Source: Chelonobacter oris
Lineage (GTDB): Bacteria > Pseudomonadota > Gammaproteobacteria > Enterobacterales > Pasteurellaceae
Reading direction: 5' to 3'
DNA length: 32,000 bases
NCBI RefSeq assembly: GCF_000772535.1
Contig: NZ_JSUM01000019.1
Location: 1 to 32,000, forward strand
The translations under genes were made by a program, and so were the position numbers. Below are positions 1-10,034 of the stretch, one piece after another; the stretch's first letter is position 1; each line of letters starts with the position of its first letter. The notes below the pieces were generated by a model. It was not told the origin of the DNA, did no database searches, and worked only from the letters and a program-made list of their open reading frames with translations.

Positions 1-104
1 TAGACATTCAGGAAATATTTGCAATACCCTTTTTATAAAAAAATGTGATTTTTTTCTTAAGTGCTTTAAAATCAATCAACCTAGGCTTTTTTGAGATTTT
101 AGCA

Positions 105-129
105 CAAAAAAGCACCGTATTCGGCGCTT
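105..129 (-). terminator. Rho-independent terminator downstream of the DoxX gene
   Basis: On the minus strand, AGCGCCG-aata-CGGTGCT forms a 7-bp stem with one G.U pair, followed by TTTTTTG. It lies about 20 nt after the stop at 147. Confidence 0.55.
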
Positions 130-146
130 TCAATAACTGCGATTGA

Positions 147-572
147 TCACGAATTAGGCTTTAACGCATATTTTCCTGACCCTAACAACATAATTGCCAA
201 AAAACCAAATAGGAAAGTCGCAATCCCCTCAACCGACCAAGCGCCTACTCGACTCAATGTGAAAAAATCGCCACTGTGCATCAGCAAAATGACAATAAGA
301 GAAGTTCCTACTGCGATAAAAGCGGATAAACGCGTAAAAATACCTAAAATAATTAAAATAGGCGCGACCACTTCCCCAATATAGGCGGCGTAAGCAAAAA
401 ATCCGGGTAAGTCTAACTCTACAAATTTCCCCTGGATAAAGGCGGTCCCCGCAAAAATTTTATGTACACCATGCAGTAAGAACATGCCCGAAAAGCCGAT
501 TCTTAATAAGAATTTCGCCAATTCTGGATGATCAACAGCTTGATTAAATTTTGTTAATAATCTATTCATCAT
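147..572 (-). CDS. DoxX-family inner-membrane protein
   Basis: 141 aa with four predicted hydrophobic helices. Size and the FLLRIGFSGMFLLHGVHKI segment are typical of DoxX/YphA-like proteins. There are two tandem ATGs, at 572 and 569. Confidence 0.65.
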   Translation of the reverse strand: MMNRLLTKFNQAVDHPELAKFLLRIGFSGMFLLHGVHKIFAGTAFIQGKFVELDLPGFFAYAAYIGEVVAPILIILGIFTRLSAFIAVGTSLIVILLMHSGDFFTLSRVGAWSVEGIATFLFGFLAIMLLGSGKYALKPNS

Positions 573-759
573 TTGTTTAGTTTATCTTTTTAGTATGGAT
601 TAGAAAGCAAGGATTTTAGCATCGGCAATTTTTCTCAGCTACCGACTAATTGTCATAACTTATAACCAACTGATCTATAAGAAAAAATAGGATGAATATT
701 GAAATTTAGTTATACGGGGAGGGGTAAAAGATCGGGTTAAAAATGGCTGAAAGAGAAAG

Positions 760-836
760 TGGTCGGCGAGATAGGATTTGAACCTACGACCCACTGGTCC
801 CAAACCAGTTGCGCTACCAAGCTGCGCTACTCGCCG
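760..836 (-). tRNA. proM: tRNA-Pro (anticodon UGG)
   Basis: The reverse complement reads CGGCGAGTAGCGCAGCTTGGTAGCGCAACTGGTTTGGGACCAGTGGGTCGTAGGTTCAAATCCTATCTCGCCGACCA. It has a cloverleaf, the anticodon loop TTTGGGA and an encoded CCA, and is near-identical to my recollection of E. coli proM. Confidence 0.93.
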
Positions 837-874
837 ATGGTAACTTCTTGTTAATTATTAACCAGAAGTAAAAT

Positions 875-951
875 TGGGGTGGCTAATGGGACTTGAACCC
901 ACGACAACCGGAATCACAATCCGGGGCTCTACCAACTGAGCTATAGCCACC
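875..951 (-). tRNA. hisR: tRNA-His (anticodon GUG), including the extra G at position -1
   Basis: The reverse complement reads GGTGGCTATAGCTCAGTTGGTAGAGCCCCGGATTGTGATTCCGGTTGTCGTGGGTTCAAGTCCCATTAGCCACCCCA, with anticodon loop TTGTGAT. Confidence 0.93.
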
Positions 952-990
952 ATTGTCAACGAGCGTTAGCTGAATCAAAACGCGAACGCA

Positions 991-1067
<77 letters not shown>

Positions 1068-1087
1068 ACATCGCGTCGTTGCGGAGC

Positions 1088-1145
1088 GCATATTAAGTGT
1101 TTCTCGATAGCTTGTCTAGTGATTTTTTTATTTTTTTTATTGCTT
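1088..1145 (-). promoter_or_regulatory. Putative sigma70 promoter of the Arg-His-Pro tRNA operon
   Basis: On the minus strand: -35 TAGACA (1118..1113), a 17-nt spacer, -10 TAATAT (1095..1090), then a GC-rich discriminator GCGCTCCGC. An A/T-rich UP-like tract lies at 1121..1145. This layout is typical of stable-RNA promoters. Confidence 0.5.
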
Positions 1146-1206
1146 GCTGTTAAAATATGCAGATTGTTTACTATTTACCAAAATTCTGTTTATTTTGCTG
1201 GCAAGA

Positions 1207-1938
1207 TCACAATTTGTTAATAAAATAATAATATGCGTATTTCAACAAGTTCACTTGTCGGCGCCAACGGGTCGGTTGGCTTAACAGGCGATACAGCCAC
1301 TCAAGATTGGCTTTTTGCCAAATCAGGGGCGCCCGTTTTACTCTGCCGATGAAAACATCATAAGTGCCGCCAACGCCCATATAAAGCGCTTCGGGATAAA
1401 CTTGCTGACATGCGGACATAAACCGCTCTTGCTTCGGCGACCCCATTGCTACCGTAACAATTTTTGCACCGCTGGTTTTGATTTTTTCAATGAGCGCTGC
1501 CTGTTGCTCCGCTTTAAAATAGCCGTCTTGCGATCCAACCAGATTCACGTTCCACTGCGATTGTAATTTTTGCTTAGTTTGTTGCAAAACCTCGGGGTGT
1601 CCGCCGACCAAAAATACCGATGTCTGCAATGTACCGGCTTTTTCCATCAGGGCATACCAAAGATCACACCCTGCCACTCGTTGCAAATTACGGTGTTGCG
1701 GATATTTTTTATGTATGGATTTTACAATGCTCATTCCATCGGCATATTTAAATTCGGCATTTAACAGCAATTCTCTGATTTCAGGCTGTTTTTCAGCCGT
1801 AATGATTTTTTCGGCATTAATCGCTATTAATTTACCCTGCTGAATACCATTTTCATTCAATAAAAAATCCAGAAATGCGCGCTGATCTTCCACGGCTAAA
1901 ATGTAGATTCCGCGAATATTGACTTTTTCAATTTTCAT
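1207..1938 (-). CDS. wecG: UDP-N-acetyl-D-mannosaminuronic acid transferase (ECA lipid II synthesis), GT26 WecG/TagA/CpsF family
   Basis: 243 aa, against about 246 aa for E. coli WecG. It carries the family-typical GSPKQE and WLYRL segments. It is the last gene of the ECA operon, and its ATG overlaps the wzyE stop (ATGA). Confidence 0.88.
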   Translation of the reverse strand: MKIEKVNIRGIYILAVEDQRAFLDFLLNENGIQQGKLIAINAEKIITAEKQPEIRELLLNAEFKYADGMSIVKSIHKKYPQHRNLQRVAGCDLWYALMEKAGTLQTSVFLVGGHPEVLQQTKQKLQSQWNVNLVGSQDGYFKAEQQAALIEKIKTSGAKIVTVAMGSPKQERFMSACQQVYPEALYMGVGGTYDVFIGRVKRAPLIWQKANLEWLYRLLSQPTRWRRQVNLLKYAYYYFINKL

Positions 1939-3317
1939 ATTTTCAATCCTTCGGTTGTTGCCGTAATGTGCTTATATCGGACACTGCCGGTTTGGCGCAT
2001 TACCGCTACAATCAGTTTTGTTATCACTATCGCCATGATAAAAATCAGTGAGAAGAATACAAACCGTGAAACAAATGCATCCATGCCTTCCCGCACCAAA
2101 ACGATAATATTAAAAAGATTGGCAAAACAATATGCCTGAATTATTGCGCCACGGCTTCGATTCAGCGTATTTCTGCCATATTGGTATAAAAAATCCATGC
2201 CTTTTATCAGCCAACCGCAGGCTAATGCCCCTAGAATCATCAGCGGAATACCACCCATGATCAGGAAAGATCCGAGCAATGTCGGGGAAATTGCCAATCC
2301 GGCATAATAATTCAGCACTTCCCACGTGAAATAATTGGCGGCATTGACAACCAGATCCGGACGAGCTTCCCACAATGCTTTAGGAATGAAAACGTAAAAA
2401 TCCCGTATGATCGGCGCCAGCCCTTGAAATTCAATTTGATCGTAATGCGAAAACAGCAACGCCAAATTTTCCCAAGGGGAAAACGTATCTCTCGTTAAAT
2501 ACAGAAACGTGTAAAATGCTTCACTGCCGCTAACGTCCAATCCATAACGGGCCAGTGCCAGACCGAACATCGCCACGATCGCCGCCGCCCCTGCAATGCC
2601 GAGCGTCACGATCGAAATATACTGTTTGCTGATGCCGATAAAAAAGAAAATCGCTACCGCCAGCGCAATATTCGCCCGTGTACCGCCGACCAGCAAATAG
2701 GTCAATACGCCGAAGCCGACACCAAACAACAAAAACAGCCACCAATTTAATTTACTCGGTTTTAAAAAATAGAGAATCAATAATCCCGGCAAAAAGAAAT
2801 AAAAGAAACGTTTTAACGCTGTACCACTGACACTTTGGGAAAAAATTTGGCTGTAACTGTCCAGTTTAAACAGTAAAAATCCGTTCAAGCTGAAAAACAA
2901 TGCAATGGTCGTCAAGGCGACCAGCAATAAAATCAGTGCGCTGATCACGCCTTCGGAAGCGGACTTAAGACGTGCCGTTTGCCAAGATGAAAGTGGTTTG
3001 AACGTTTCTCTGTAATTGCTCCGCTTGGGCAATAACCGCACTTGATAGCTGACATAATACAGCACATAGAAAGCAAGTGCCGAAAACAGGGTAATAAACA
3101 AAATCTCAAACGGCAGTGCCTGTACATTGAAGCCGAATGCGAGGATCATGCTGAACGGAAACCCCAAATAAAAAGTCAGCAGGTAAACTAAGGTGAACAA
3201 TAGGTGAAAAGAGAACCGCACTTTTTTGAACGACTGATAGGCCAAATAACCGATCAGCACAACAGAGAATGTATAAAGCAGCACCAACGCGCTTAATTGT
3301 GTCAAACCGAGCATCAT
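1935..3317 (-). CDS. wzyE: ECA polymerase
   Basis: 460 aa polytopic membrane protein. Long stretches match my recollection of E. coli WzyE, for example [26 protein letters not shown] and [21 protein letters not shown]. Confidence 0.9.
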   Translation of the reverse strand: MMLGLTQLSALVLLYTFSVVLIGYLAYQSFKKVRFSFHLLFTLVYLLTFYLGFPFSMILAFGFNVQALPFEILFITLFSALAFYVLYYVSYQVRLLPKRSNYRETFKPLSSWQTARLKSASEGVISALILLLVALTTIALFFSLNGFLLFKLDSYSQIFSQSVSGTALKRFFYFFLPGLLILYFLKPSKLNWWLFLLFGVGFGVLTYLLVGGTRANIALAVAIFFFIGISKQYISIVTLGIAGAAAIVAMFGLALARYGLDVSGSEAFYTFLYLTRDTFSPWENLALLFSHYDQIEFQGLAPIIRDFYVFIPKALWEARPDLVVNAANYFTWEVLNYYAGLAISPTLLGSFLIMGGIPLMILGALACGWLIKGMDFLYQYGRNTLNRSRGAIIQAYCFANLFNIIVLVREGMDAFVSRFVFFSLIFIMAIVITKLIVAVMRQTGSVRYKHITATTEGLKI

Positions 3318-3320
3318 ATG

Positions 3321-4382
3321 CTATTTCTGTCCCCATTTGGTCAAAAGCTGAACCCAACCGTCGGCAAAATTCGGTGCAAAAAAATCAATTTGTGTTTTAT
3401 CCAATTGTGTTAACCGCACTTGACTTGTTGCAATTTTTTCACGATCGAGTTCATTCATCTCGATAAACGGAATTTGTTGCCGCCGCATATCGAGGCAAAA
3501 CGGGTTTTCCGCATTCAATACCAACGGAATAGAAAACTGTGTCAATAAACAAATTGTACCGATACCTTGTTGACGGGCAAAAATAAAATACCCCAAATCG
3601 CATTGCGCCAAAATCGCTAAATAGGTCTGAAATTCGATTTTGTTTTCAAATACCGTCACCGCACTTTCATCAAACAACTCACGAGCTTTATTTTTCACCT
3701 GCTTAATATAAGGTTGATTATTTTCCGGATAGCCCATTGGAATCAATATGTTAACTTTATCACCCAACTGCTGTCTGATTTGTTGCAAGGCTGCGAGATG
3801 TCGGTTGGATTGATCGCCCGAGTTGCCCAATAAAATCGTTAACGGCTTATCAGAAACCGCATTTTGCTTCTCCGTGCGTAATGTCGGATCCATTTTGGCC
3901 GGGAAATACAGCACCGTCTGTTCCGCTGTTGAATTTAACCGGCTAAAACGGTTGAGATCACCAACTGTTGCAAAAACATGACGTAATCTTTTTTGTGCCA
4001 GCCGACGCAACGGGTAAAACAGCTTAAATTGCCATTTAACCGAATCTTCATAGAGATCCGCCCCCCAAATATGCCAACCGATGCGATCCAACGGCAATTT
4101 ACCGCAGAGAATCGCCAGCCAAATCGCCACATTAAACTGCCCGTGCAGCAGGTAAAAAGTATCATTGCGCTGTTTTACTTCCTGCAATAGAAAATCCGCC
4201 AACGCTTTTTTAGTGTGAAAACGCACCACTTCCTGCGGATCATCTGCCTTGGCTGCACCGACAATATAAAAACCGGCTCTGGCTTGCGCCGGAATGCGAT
4301 CCCACAATTGTGTGCGAAAAAAATCCATAACGGTTTGATTATGGTGCGGAATATCCGAACCCAAAATATGGCAGATTCTCAT
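3321..4382 (-). CDS. wecF: TDP-N-acetylfucosamine:lipid II N-acetylfucosaminyltransferase (GT56)
   Basis: It matches E. coli WecF along its length (HILGSDIPHHNQTV, KLFYPLRRLAQKR, LGNSGDQSNRH, CDLGYFIFARQQGIGT). The first codon in the ORF track (4385) is TTG. The ATG at 4382 is the likelier start and overlaps the wzxE stop by 1 nt. Confidence 0.9.
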   Translation of the reverse strand: MRICHILGSDIPHHNQTVMDFFRTQLWDRIPAQARAGFYIVGAAKADDPQEVVRFHTKKALADFLLQEVKQRNDTFYLLHGQFNVAIWLAILCGKLPLDRIGWHIWGADLYEDSVKWQFKLFYPLRRLAQKRLRHVFATVGDLNRFSRLNSTAEQTVLYFPAKMDPTLRTEKQNAVSDKPLTILLGNSGDQSNRHLAALQQIRQQLGDKVNILIPMGYPENNQPYIKQVKNKARELFDESAVTVFENKIEFQTYLAILAQCDLGYFIFARQQGIGTICLLTQFSIPLVLNAENPFCLDMRRQQIPFIEMNELDREKIATSQVRLTQLDKTQIDFFAPNFADGWVQLLTKWGQK

Positions 4383-5656
4383 CAACTTCCCTTATTAACC
4401 GCCCGTTTTTGATAGATCAAAAAACCGATCACACATAACAGAAAATAAATCATATAGGTAAACAGATACGCCTGTGTCGCCCCTTGTGCGCCGTATAACG
4501 GAATTAACCAATAAGACGATCCGAGTAACAGGCTAAATTGGCAGATTTCAGCCAAAACATACAGCCTCAAGGCCGCTTTAGCCACAATCAGATAGCCGAA
4601 AATATAGGCGGATACTTTGAATACGTCCCCTAACAGCTGCCACGCAAACAAATTTTCCATCGGCAAAAATTGTTCCGAGAACAAAATCCGAATCACCAAT
4701 TCCCGCAAGACATAAATCGCAAGGCTGACCGACAGCACCACCGGCAGCACGAATTTTAAGGCTTTCCAAACTTCCCGTTTGATCGCCTCGTGCTGTGTCA
4801 GTTTAGCAAAGGTCGGCAACAAATAAACTGAAAATGCGGCGGTGATAAATTGCAGATAAGCATCGGAAATTTTGCTTACCCCTTGCCATAAACCGACATC
4901 ATGCACGCTGTAAAACGCCATTAAGCGATCACGCATCACGATATAGGCGACGGGCAATGTGATCGCAGTAGCCAATACCATGCCTGAAAATTTAAGTAAC
5001 TTTCGTGCCTGAGCCGACTCAAAGTGCGGTTTAAGTAAGGCTAGCGAAAAAGTCGATTTCGTTTTTTTTAATATCAAACAGGCGGGGAAAACCGCCACTG
5101 CCGGCACAATGGCCAAACCGACTAAGGCGCCGTGATAACCAAAGCCGTATAAACCGGCTAAAAAGCCGATGATGCCTAACAGAGATCCGATAATAATACT
5201 GACGGCGTTGCCTTTAGCATTGCGCTGACCACGCAAGATCGCTAAAAAATAGTTACTGAAAGCAATGCCGAATTGGATCACCGCCAACAGCCGAATGACA
5301 TGCTGATAGCCTTGTTCGGCAAATAAAAAATCGGCAATCAAACCGGCAAACGACAACATCAAAATGCCGAGTAAGGCGGAAAACAGTAAAATAATCGTCG
5401 AAGATGTCCCCAAAACCGCTTTCAAGTGCGGTAATTGATCTTCATATTCAGCGACATATTTGGTAACACCGTTAAAAATACCGGCGCCGGCAAAAACGCC
5501 CAGCACCGTTAATAAAGTCATGTAATTGGCCGCTCGCCCGACACCTTCGGTGCCGAAAGATACCGCTAGCAATTTCACGACCAACAAGCCGATCAAAATC
5601 TTGATCAATGTCGAGGCTGCCGTCCAGATTGTGGTTTTTCCAAGCGACTTTTTCAT
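4382..5656 (-). CDS. wzxE: ECA lipid III flippase (MOP/Wzx family)
   Basis: Polytopic membrane protein. It aligns with E. coli WzxE from MKKSLGKTTIWTAASTLIKI onward (LLAVSFG..G.G.AAN, GAGIFNGVTKYVA.Y). I moved the start from 5716 to the ATG at 5656, which removes the overlap with wecE. Confidence 0.88.
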   Translation of the reverse strand: MKKSLGKTTIWTAASTLIKILIGLLVVKLLAVSFGTEGVGRAANYMTLLTVLGVFAGAGIFNGVTKYVAEYEDQLPHLKAVLGTSSTIILLFSALLGILMLSFAGLIADFLFAEQGYQHVIRLLAVIQFGIAFSNYFLAILRGQRNAKGNAVSIIIGSLLGIIGFLAGLYGFGYHGALVGLAIVPAVAVFPACLILKKTKSTFSLALLKPHFESAQARKLLKFSGMVLATAITLPVAYIVMRDRLMAFYSVHDVGLWQGVSKISDAYLQFITAAFSVYLLPTFAKLTQHEAIKREVWKALKFVLPVVLSVSLAIYVLRELVIRILFSEQFLPMENLFAWQLLGDVFKVSAYIFGYLIVAKAALRLYVLAEICQFSLLLGSSYWLIPLYGAQGATQAYLFTYMIYFLLCVIGFLIYQKRAVNKGS

Positions 5657-5678
5657 AGAACGGATAAGCAATCCATGC

Positions 5679-6815
5679 CTATAGCGCCTGCTGTAGATAA
5701 CGGGCGGCAACTGCAATAACCTTCACTACTTCGTCATCAGTCATGTTATAGAACAGCGGCAAACGAACCAAACGCTCGCTCTCTTGCGTGGTGAACTGAT
5801 CAACACCGTTAAAACGCCCGAATTGTTCCCCTGCCGGGCTGGAATGCAGCGGCACATAGTGGAAAACACTTAATATCTCTTCCGCTTTGAGTGCATCAAT
5901 AAACGAAGTGCGGTCGGCGACATCTTTCAATTTCAGATAAAACATATGCGCATTATGTCGACACGCCGACGGGATATACGGCAGCTCAATCCGACTACCG
6001 GCAAACGGTTGAAATGCTTGATAATAATGTTCCCAAATCGCTAAACGGCGACGGTTGATGTCATCCGCCGCTTCCAATTGTGCATACAGATAAGCCGCTT
6101 GCAAATCAGACATCAAGAAACTGGATCCCATATCGCGCCAAGTATACTTATCCACTTGCCCACGAAAAAACTGACTGCGGTTAGTGCCTTTTTCGCGAAT
6201 AATTTCCGCCCGCTCGATCAATTTTTCATCATTGATCAGGGTCGCGCCGCCCTCACCACCGGCGGTATAATTTTTGGTTTCGTGGAAACTGTAACAGCCG
6301 ATATGTCCGATTGTACCCAACGCTTTGCCTTTATAATTCGCCATCACGCCTTGTGCCGCATCTTCGATCACCCACAGCCTATATTTTTCCGCCAGTGCCA
6401 TAATCGTGTCCATTTCACACGCCACCCCGGCATAGTGCACCGGCACAATCGCTTTGGTTTTGGGTGTGATCGCCGCTTCGATTTTACTTTCGTCCAAATT
6501 CATCGTCTCGGGGCGCACATCAACGAATACAATCTTTGCGCCACGCAGCACAAACGCATTGGCGGTAGAAACAAAAGTGTAACTCGGCATAATCACTTCA
6601 TCGCCGGGTTGAATATCAATCAGCAATGCCGCCATCTCCAGTGATGCGGTACAAGACGGGGTCAGCAATACTTTTTTGGCGGCGAAACGCTGTTGCTGCC
6701 ACTGTTCGGCCAGTCGGGTAAACGGGCCGTCACCACTGAGTTTTCCGCTGTTTAATGCGTGGGCAATCTGCTGTTGTTCAGTGCCGACAACCGGCGGTTT
6801 ATTGAATGGAATCAT
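5679..6815 (-). CDS. wecE: dTDP-4-amino-4,6-dideoxygalactose transaminase (DegT/DnrJ/EryC1 family)
   Basis: Very high similarity to my recollection of E. coli WecE/RffA (MIPFN.PPVVGTE, LLTPSCTASLEMAALLIDIQPGDEVIMPSYTFVSTANAFVLRGAKIVFVDVRP, SFHETKNYTAGGEGGATLIND). There are tandem ATGs at 6818 and 6815, and a GGGGA Shine-Dalgarno favours 6815. Confidence 0.95.
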   Translation of the reverse strand: MIPFNKPPVVGTEQQQIAHALNSGKLSGDGPFTRLAEQWQQQRFAAKKVLLTPSCTASLEMAALLIDIQPGDEVIMPSYTFVSTANAFVLRGAKIVFVDVRPETMNLDESKIEAAITPKTKAIVPVHYAGVACEMDTIMALAEKYRLWVIEDAAQGVMANYKGKALGTIGHIGCYSFHETKNYTAGGEGGATLINDEKLIERAEIIREKGTNRSQFFRGQVDKYTWRDMGSSFLMSDLQAAYLYAQLEAADDINRRRLAIWEHYYQAFQPFAGSRIELPYIPSACRHNAHMFYLKLKDVADRTSFIDALKAEEILSVFHYVPLHSSPAGEQFGRFNGVDQFTTQESERLVRLPLFYNMTDDEVVKVIAVAARYLQQAL

Positions 6816-6850
6816 CATTATCCCCTAATACAAAATCGGTTATCGTTACC

Positions 6851-7603
6851 TTAACGATAAAACCAATAAGAAATCTGTGCAATTCGTCCCTGCTTTTGGT
6901 ACAAATTGATTGCAGCCGAATTGCCGCTTTGTGTTGCAATCCAAAGTTGTTTATGCCGTTGTTGTAGGCTCCGGTTGACCGCACTTTGCAATAATTGCCC
7001 GGCAACGCCCTGCCCTCTGGCCTGCTTCGTCACAGCCAGTAACCCGATTCTGGCATTGTCCGCATCCAATTTGCGTAAGCTGACTGCGCCTCGTATGCCG
7101 CCGTTTATGTCTCTGCTCACCAAACAGACATGGTCAAATTGCCCCAAGACCGCTTTGCGAATCCAAGTGCGGTAAAACGCTTGATTTTGTTCTACACTGA
7201 ACCACGGTTGGCGAAAACGGCTCACGCCAAAAGCATCGCCGAAAATCCTTTCCAATTCGGCAATATCCGCCTCGCCCGCCACGTCAAGCGGTTGCAAGGT
7301 CTGCATCGTGGCTGACAGCGGCAGACAGAAATCCAGCTCTCCTTCGATAAAGCGGAAACCGAGCTGTTGCAACGTGCCGATTTGTTCAATTTGATCGGCG
7401 CTTAATTTACATTGCAATAAGTCAAAGTCAGCAAAAACCGCACTTTGTTCCGCTTCGGCGATAAGTGCGGTCGGGCTTGTACTCAAAAATTGCAATTTGC
7501 CGATTTCCATGCCGAAAAATTCACTTTCCCAAGCATTGCGCGCAACCGAAAAATGAAGCGGTAGCGAGCTATTTTCAGCCACGCCAAATTCCTCGGGTAT
7601 CAA
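6851..7603 (-). CDS. wecD: dTDP-fucosamine acetyltransferase (GNAT)
   Basis: Matches E. coli WecD/RffC (W.S.FFG, LQQLGF..IEGE.D, SRFR.PW, FDH.CL, ARIGLLA, AYWFYR). The start is uncertain: the ATG at 7603 overlaps the wecC 3' end by 29 nt, and a GTG at 7582 is an alternative. Confidence 0.85.
   Translation of the reverse strand: MIPEEFGVAENSSLPLHFSVARNAWESEFFGMEIGKLQFLSTSPTALIAEAEQSAVFADFDLLQCKLSADQIEQIGTLQQLGFRFIEGELDFCLPLSATMQTLQPLDVAGEADIAELERIFGDAFGVSRFRQPWFSVEQNQAFYRTWIRKAVLGQFDHVCLVSRDINGGIRGAVSLRKLDADNARIGLLAVTKQARGQGVAGQLLQSAVNRSLQQRHKQLWIATQSGNSAAINLYQKQGRIAQISYWFYR
7437..7471. repeat. Inverted USS pair inside the wecD coding sequence
   Basis: ACCGCACTT (7437..7445) and AAGTGCGGT (7463..7471) are separated by 17 nt. 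On the wecD sense strand the hairpin is followed by TTTTGC. Confidence 0.9.
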
Positions 7604-8864
7604 TCACCCATTGCTGTTTGATTGCGGCAGCGTCAATCGCTTTAAACTGCTGATGGTCAACCAACAACACGAGAATATCGGCATCTGCCAATGCTTGCTC
7701 CAGACTCGCCAATGTCACTTTCTGCTGTTCTAATTGAGCCGACAGCTTGTCAATATTCGGCTCGACCGCCAAGGTTTTCCCGGCGTGCCATTCTGCCAAT
7801 TCCGCCGTAATTTCCACTGCCGGACTTTCACGCAAATCGTCAATGTCCGGTTTAAACGCCAGCCCCAGACAGGCAATCGTAACCTCCGATGCTTTGCAGT
7901 GACGTGCCGTCACTGCCTCGGCAAGGGCTTTTTTCACCTGTTCGATTACCCAGTGCGGTTTATAATCATTAACTTCGCGTGCCGTGCGAATCAGGCGAGC
8001 CTGTTCAGGGCTTTGTGCCACGATAAACCACGGATCAACTGCGATACAATGTCCGCCGACGCCGGCACCGGGTTGCAGAATATTCACCCGCGGATGGCGG
8101 TTCGCCAGTTTAATCAATTCCCATACGCTGATATTCAGCTGATCACAGATCAACGAGAGTTCATTGGCAAACGCAATATTCACATCACGGAAGCTGTTTT
8201 CGGTCAATTTACACATTTCCGCCGTGCGGGCGTTGGTGACGATACATTCGCCTTCGACAAACAATTTATACAGACGGGAAGCCTGTGCCGCACACGCTGG
8301 GGATAATCCGCCAATCACCCGGTCGTTGGAAAACAGCTCCTGCATGATTTTGCCCGGCAACACCCGCTCAGGGCAATATGCCAGTTTGATATCGGCATTA
8401 TCCCCGGCTTGCGACGGAAAGGTTAAATCCGGTCGCATTTGTGACAGCCACTCTTCCACCTGCTCGGTTGCACCGACAGGCGATGTCGATTCCAACACCA
8501 CCAGATTGCCTTTTTGCAATACCGGCGCAATGCTCTTCGAGGCGGATTCGACATAACTTAAATCCGGCTGATAATGATCTTTGAACGGTGTCGGGACGGC
8601 AATTAAAAAGGCGTCCGCCGGCAGCACCTTCGTGCTCGCCGTCAACAATCCCCGCTCAACCGCACTTTTCACCGCCACATCCAAATCCGGCTCGACAATA
8701 TGAATCTTGCCCTGATTAATGGTATCAACCGCATAACGGTTTAAATCCACGCCTAAAACACGTTTGCCGCTGCTGGCAAATGCCGTTGCCGTCGGCAAGC
8801 CGATATAGCCCAAGCCGATGACCGAGATGGTATTAAATTCTGCATTCATATTTTTTTCTGTCAT
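7575..8864 (-). CDS. wecC: UDP-N-acetyl-D-mannosamine dehydrogenase
   Basis: Strong match to E. coli WecC (ISVIGLGYIGLPTA, IHIVEPDL, LIAVPTPF, AYCPERVLPG, TAEMCKLTENSFRDVNIAFANELSLIC, RHPRVNILQPG.GVGGHCIAVDPWFIV). The codon at 8891 is TTG. The ATG at 8864 (or 8849) fits the E. coli N-terminus better. Confidence 0.93.
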   Translation of the reverse strand: MTEKNMNAEFNTISVIGLGYIGLPTATAFASSGKRVLGVDLNRYAVDTINQGKIHIVEPDLDVAVKSAVERGLLTASTKVLPADAFLIAVPTPFKDHYQPDLSYVESASKSIAPVLQKGNLVVLESTSPVGATEQVEEWLSQMRPDLTFPSQAGDNADIKLAYCPERVLPGKIMQELFSNDRVIGGLSPACAAQASRLYKLFVEGECIVTNARTAEMCKLTENSFRDVNIAFANELSLICDQLNISVWELIKLANRHPRVNILQPGAGVGGHCIAVDPWFIVAQSPEQARLIRTAREVNDYKPHWVIEQVKKALAEAVTARHCKASEVTIACLGLAFKPDIDDLRESPAVEITAELAEWHAGKTLAVEPNIDKLSAQLEQQKVTLASLEQALADADILVLLVDHQQFKAIDAAAIKQQWVIDTRGIWRG

Positions 8865-8897
8865 TTTTACTATCCGCTGTGATACAAACAACCCGTG

Positions 8898-10034
8898 TTA
8901 TACGGATAAAAATTGTTTAATGGCGCTGACGATTCTTTCACAAGCTTTGCCGTCGCCATAAGGATTATTCGCTTTTGCCATTGCCTGATAATGTTCAGGC
9001 TCCGCCAACAAGCGCTCGACTTCCGTAATGATTTTTTGCGGATCGGTGCCGACCAGACGAACCGTTCCCGCTGCCACCGCTTCCGGCCGCTCGGTCGTAT
9101 CGCGCATGACCAATACCGGCTTACCCAGTGAGGGCGCTTCTTCCTGAATGCCGCCGGAATCGGTGAGAATCAAATAAGCACGATTCATCAAATAAACGAA
9201 CGGCAAATAGTCTTGCGGTTCAATAAGAAAGACATTATCGATACTGCTCAACCAGCGCTCCACCGGTTCACGCACATTCGGGTTAAGATGGACCGGATAG
9301 ACGATTTGAAGATCGCGATGATTTTTCGCCAACGTAGCCAGACTTTCGCAAATCCGTTCAAAACCGGCGCCGAAACTTTCACGACGGTGTCCGGTCACCA
9401 GCAACAATTTCTTTTGCGGATCTAAAAACGGATAACCTTCCGCCAGTATCTGCGCAAGTGCGGTATCCGCCGCCAGTTTTTGTTTCACCCACAATAAGGC
9501 ATCAATCACCGTATTACCTGTGACAACAATATTTTCATTCGGTTTCTTTTCTGCCAATAAATTTTGTTGCGCACTGCGTGTCGGTGCAAAATGATAGCTG
9601 GCAATCGCCCCGGTCAAACAGCGGTTCCCCTCCTCCGGCCACGGCGAATAGATATTACTGGTGCGAAGTCCGGCTTCGACATGCGCAACTTTAATCTGTT
9701 GGTAATAACAGGCGAGCGCAGCGGCAAATGTCGTGGTGGTATCGCCGTGTACCAGCACCAAATCCGGTTTAAACGTTGCCAATACCGCTTTTAACTCTTG
9801 CAAAATACGAACGCTGATATCAGTCAGATCCTGCCCGCTCTTCATGATGTTCAAATCATAATCCGGCACCAGCCCGAACAGGTGTAACACCTGATCCAGC
9901 ATTTCTCGGTGCTGAGCGGTGACGCAGACCTTCGCTTCAATTTGCGGATCGCCCGCCAGAGCCTGCGCCAATGGCGCCATTTTTATCGCTTCCGGACGTG
10001 TGCCGAAAACCGTCAGAATCTTAAATTTGCTCAT
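8898..10034 (-). CDS. wecB: UDP-N-acetylglucosamine 2-epimerase (non-hydrolysing)
   Basis: 378 aa with the segments [20 protein letters not shown] and [37 protein letters not shown] Shine-Dalgarno lies 6 nt upstream of the ATG. The gene overlaps the wzzE 3' end by 14 nt. Confidence 0.95.
   Translation of the reverse strand: MSKFKILTVFGTRPEAIKMAPLAQALAGDPQIEAKVCVTAQHREMLDQVLHLFGLVPDYDLNIMKSGQDLTDISVRILQELKAVLATFKPDLVLVHGDTTTTFAAALACYYQQIKVAHVEAGLRTSNIYSPWPEEGNRCLTGAIASYHFAPTRSAQQNLLAEKKPNENIVVTGNTVIDALLWVKQKLAADTALAQILAEGYPFLDPQKKLLLVTGHRRESFGAGFERICESLATLAKNHRDLQIVYPVHLNPNVREPVERWLSSIDNVFLIEPQDYLPFVYLMNRAYLILTDSGGIQEEAPSLGKPVLVMRDTTERPEAVAAGTVRLVGTDPQKIITEVERLLAEPEHYQAMAKANNPYGDGKACERIVSAIKQFLSV

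Noticed and set aside
6078-6644. A 188-aa plus-strand ORF antisense to wecE. Similar long antisense ORFs occur at 7734..8306, 8164..8556, 19927..20391, 22679..23116, 26775..27242 and 27400..27717.
   Set aside because: Each lies entirely inside, and antisense to, a gene with strong full-length family similarity. Their translations are Arg/His/Phe/Cys-rich low-complexity strings with no recognisable motifs and no ribosome-binding sites. They are frame artefacts of GC-moderate coding DNA.
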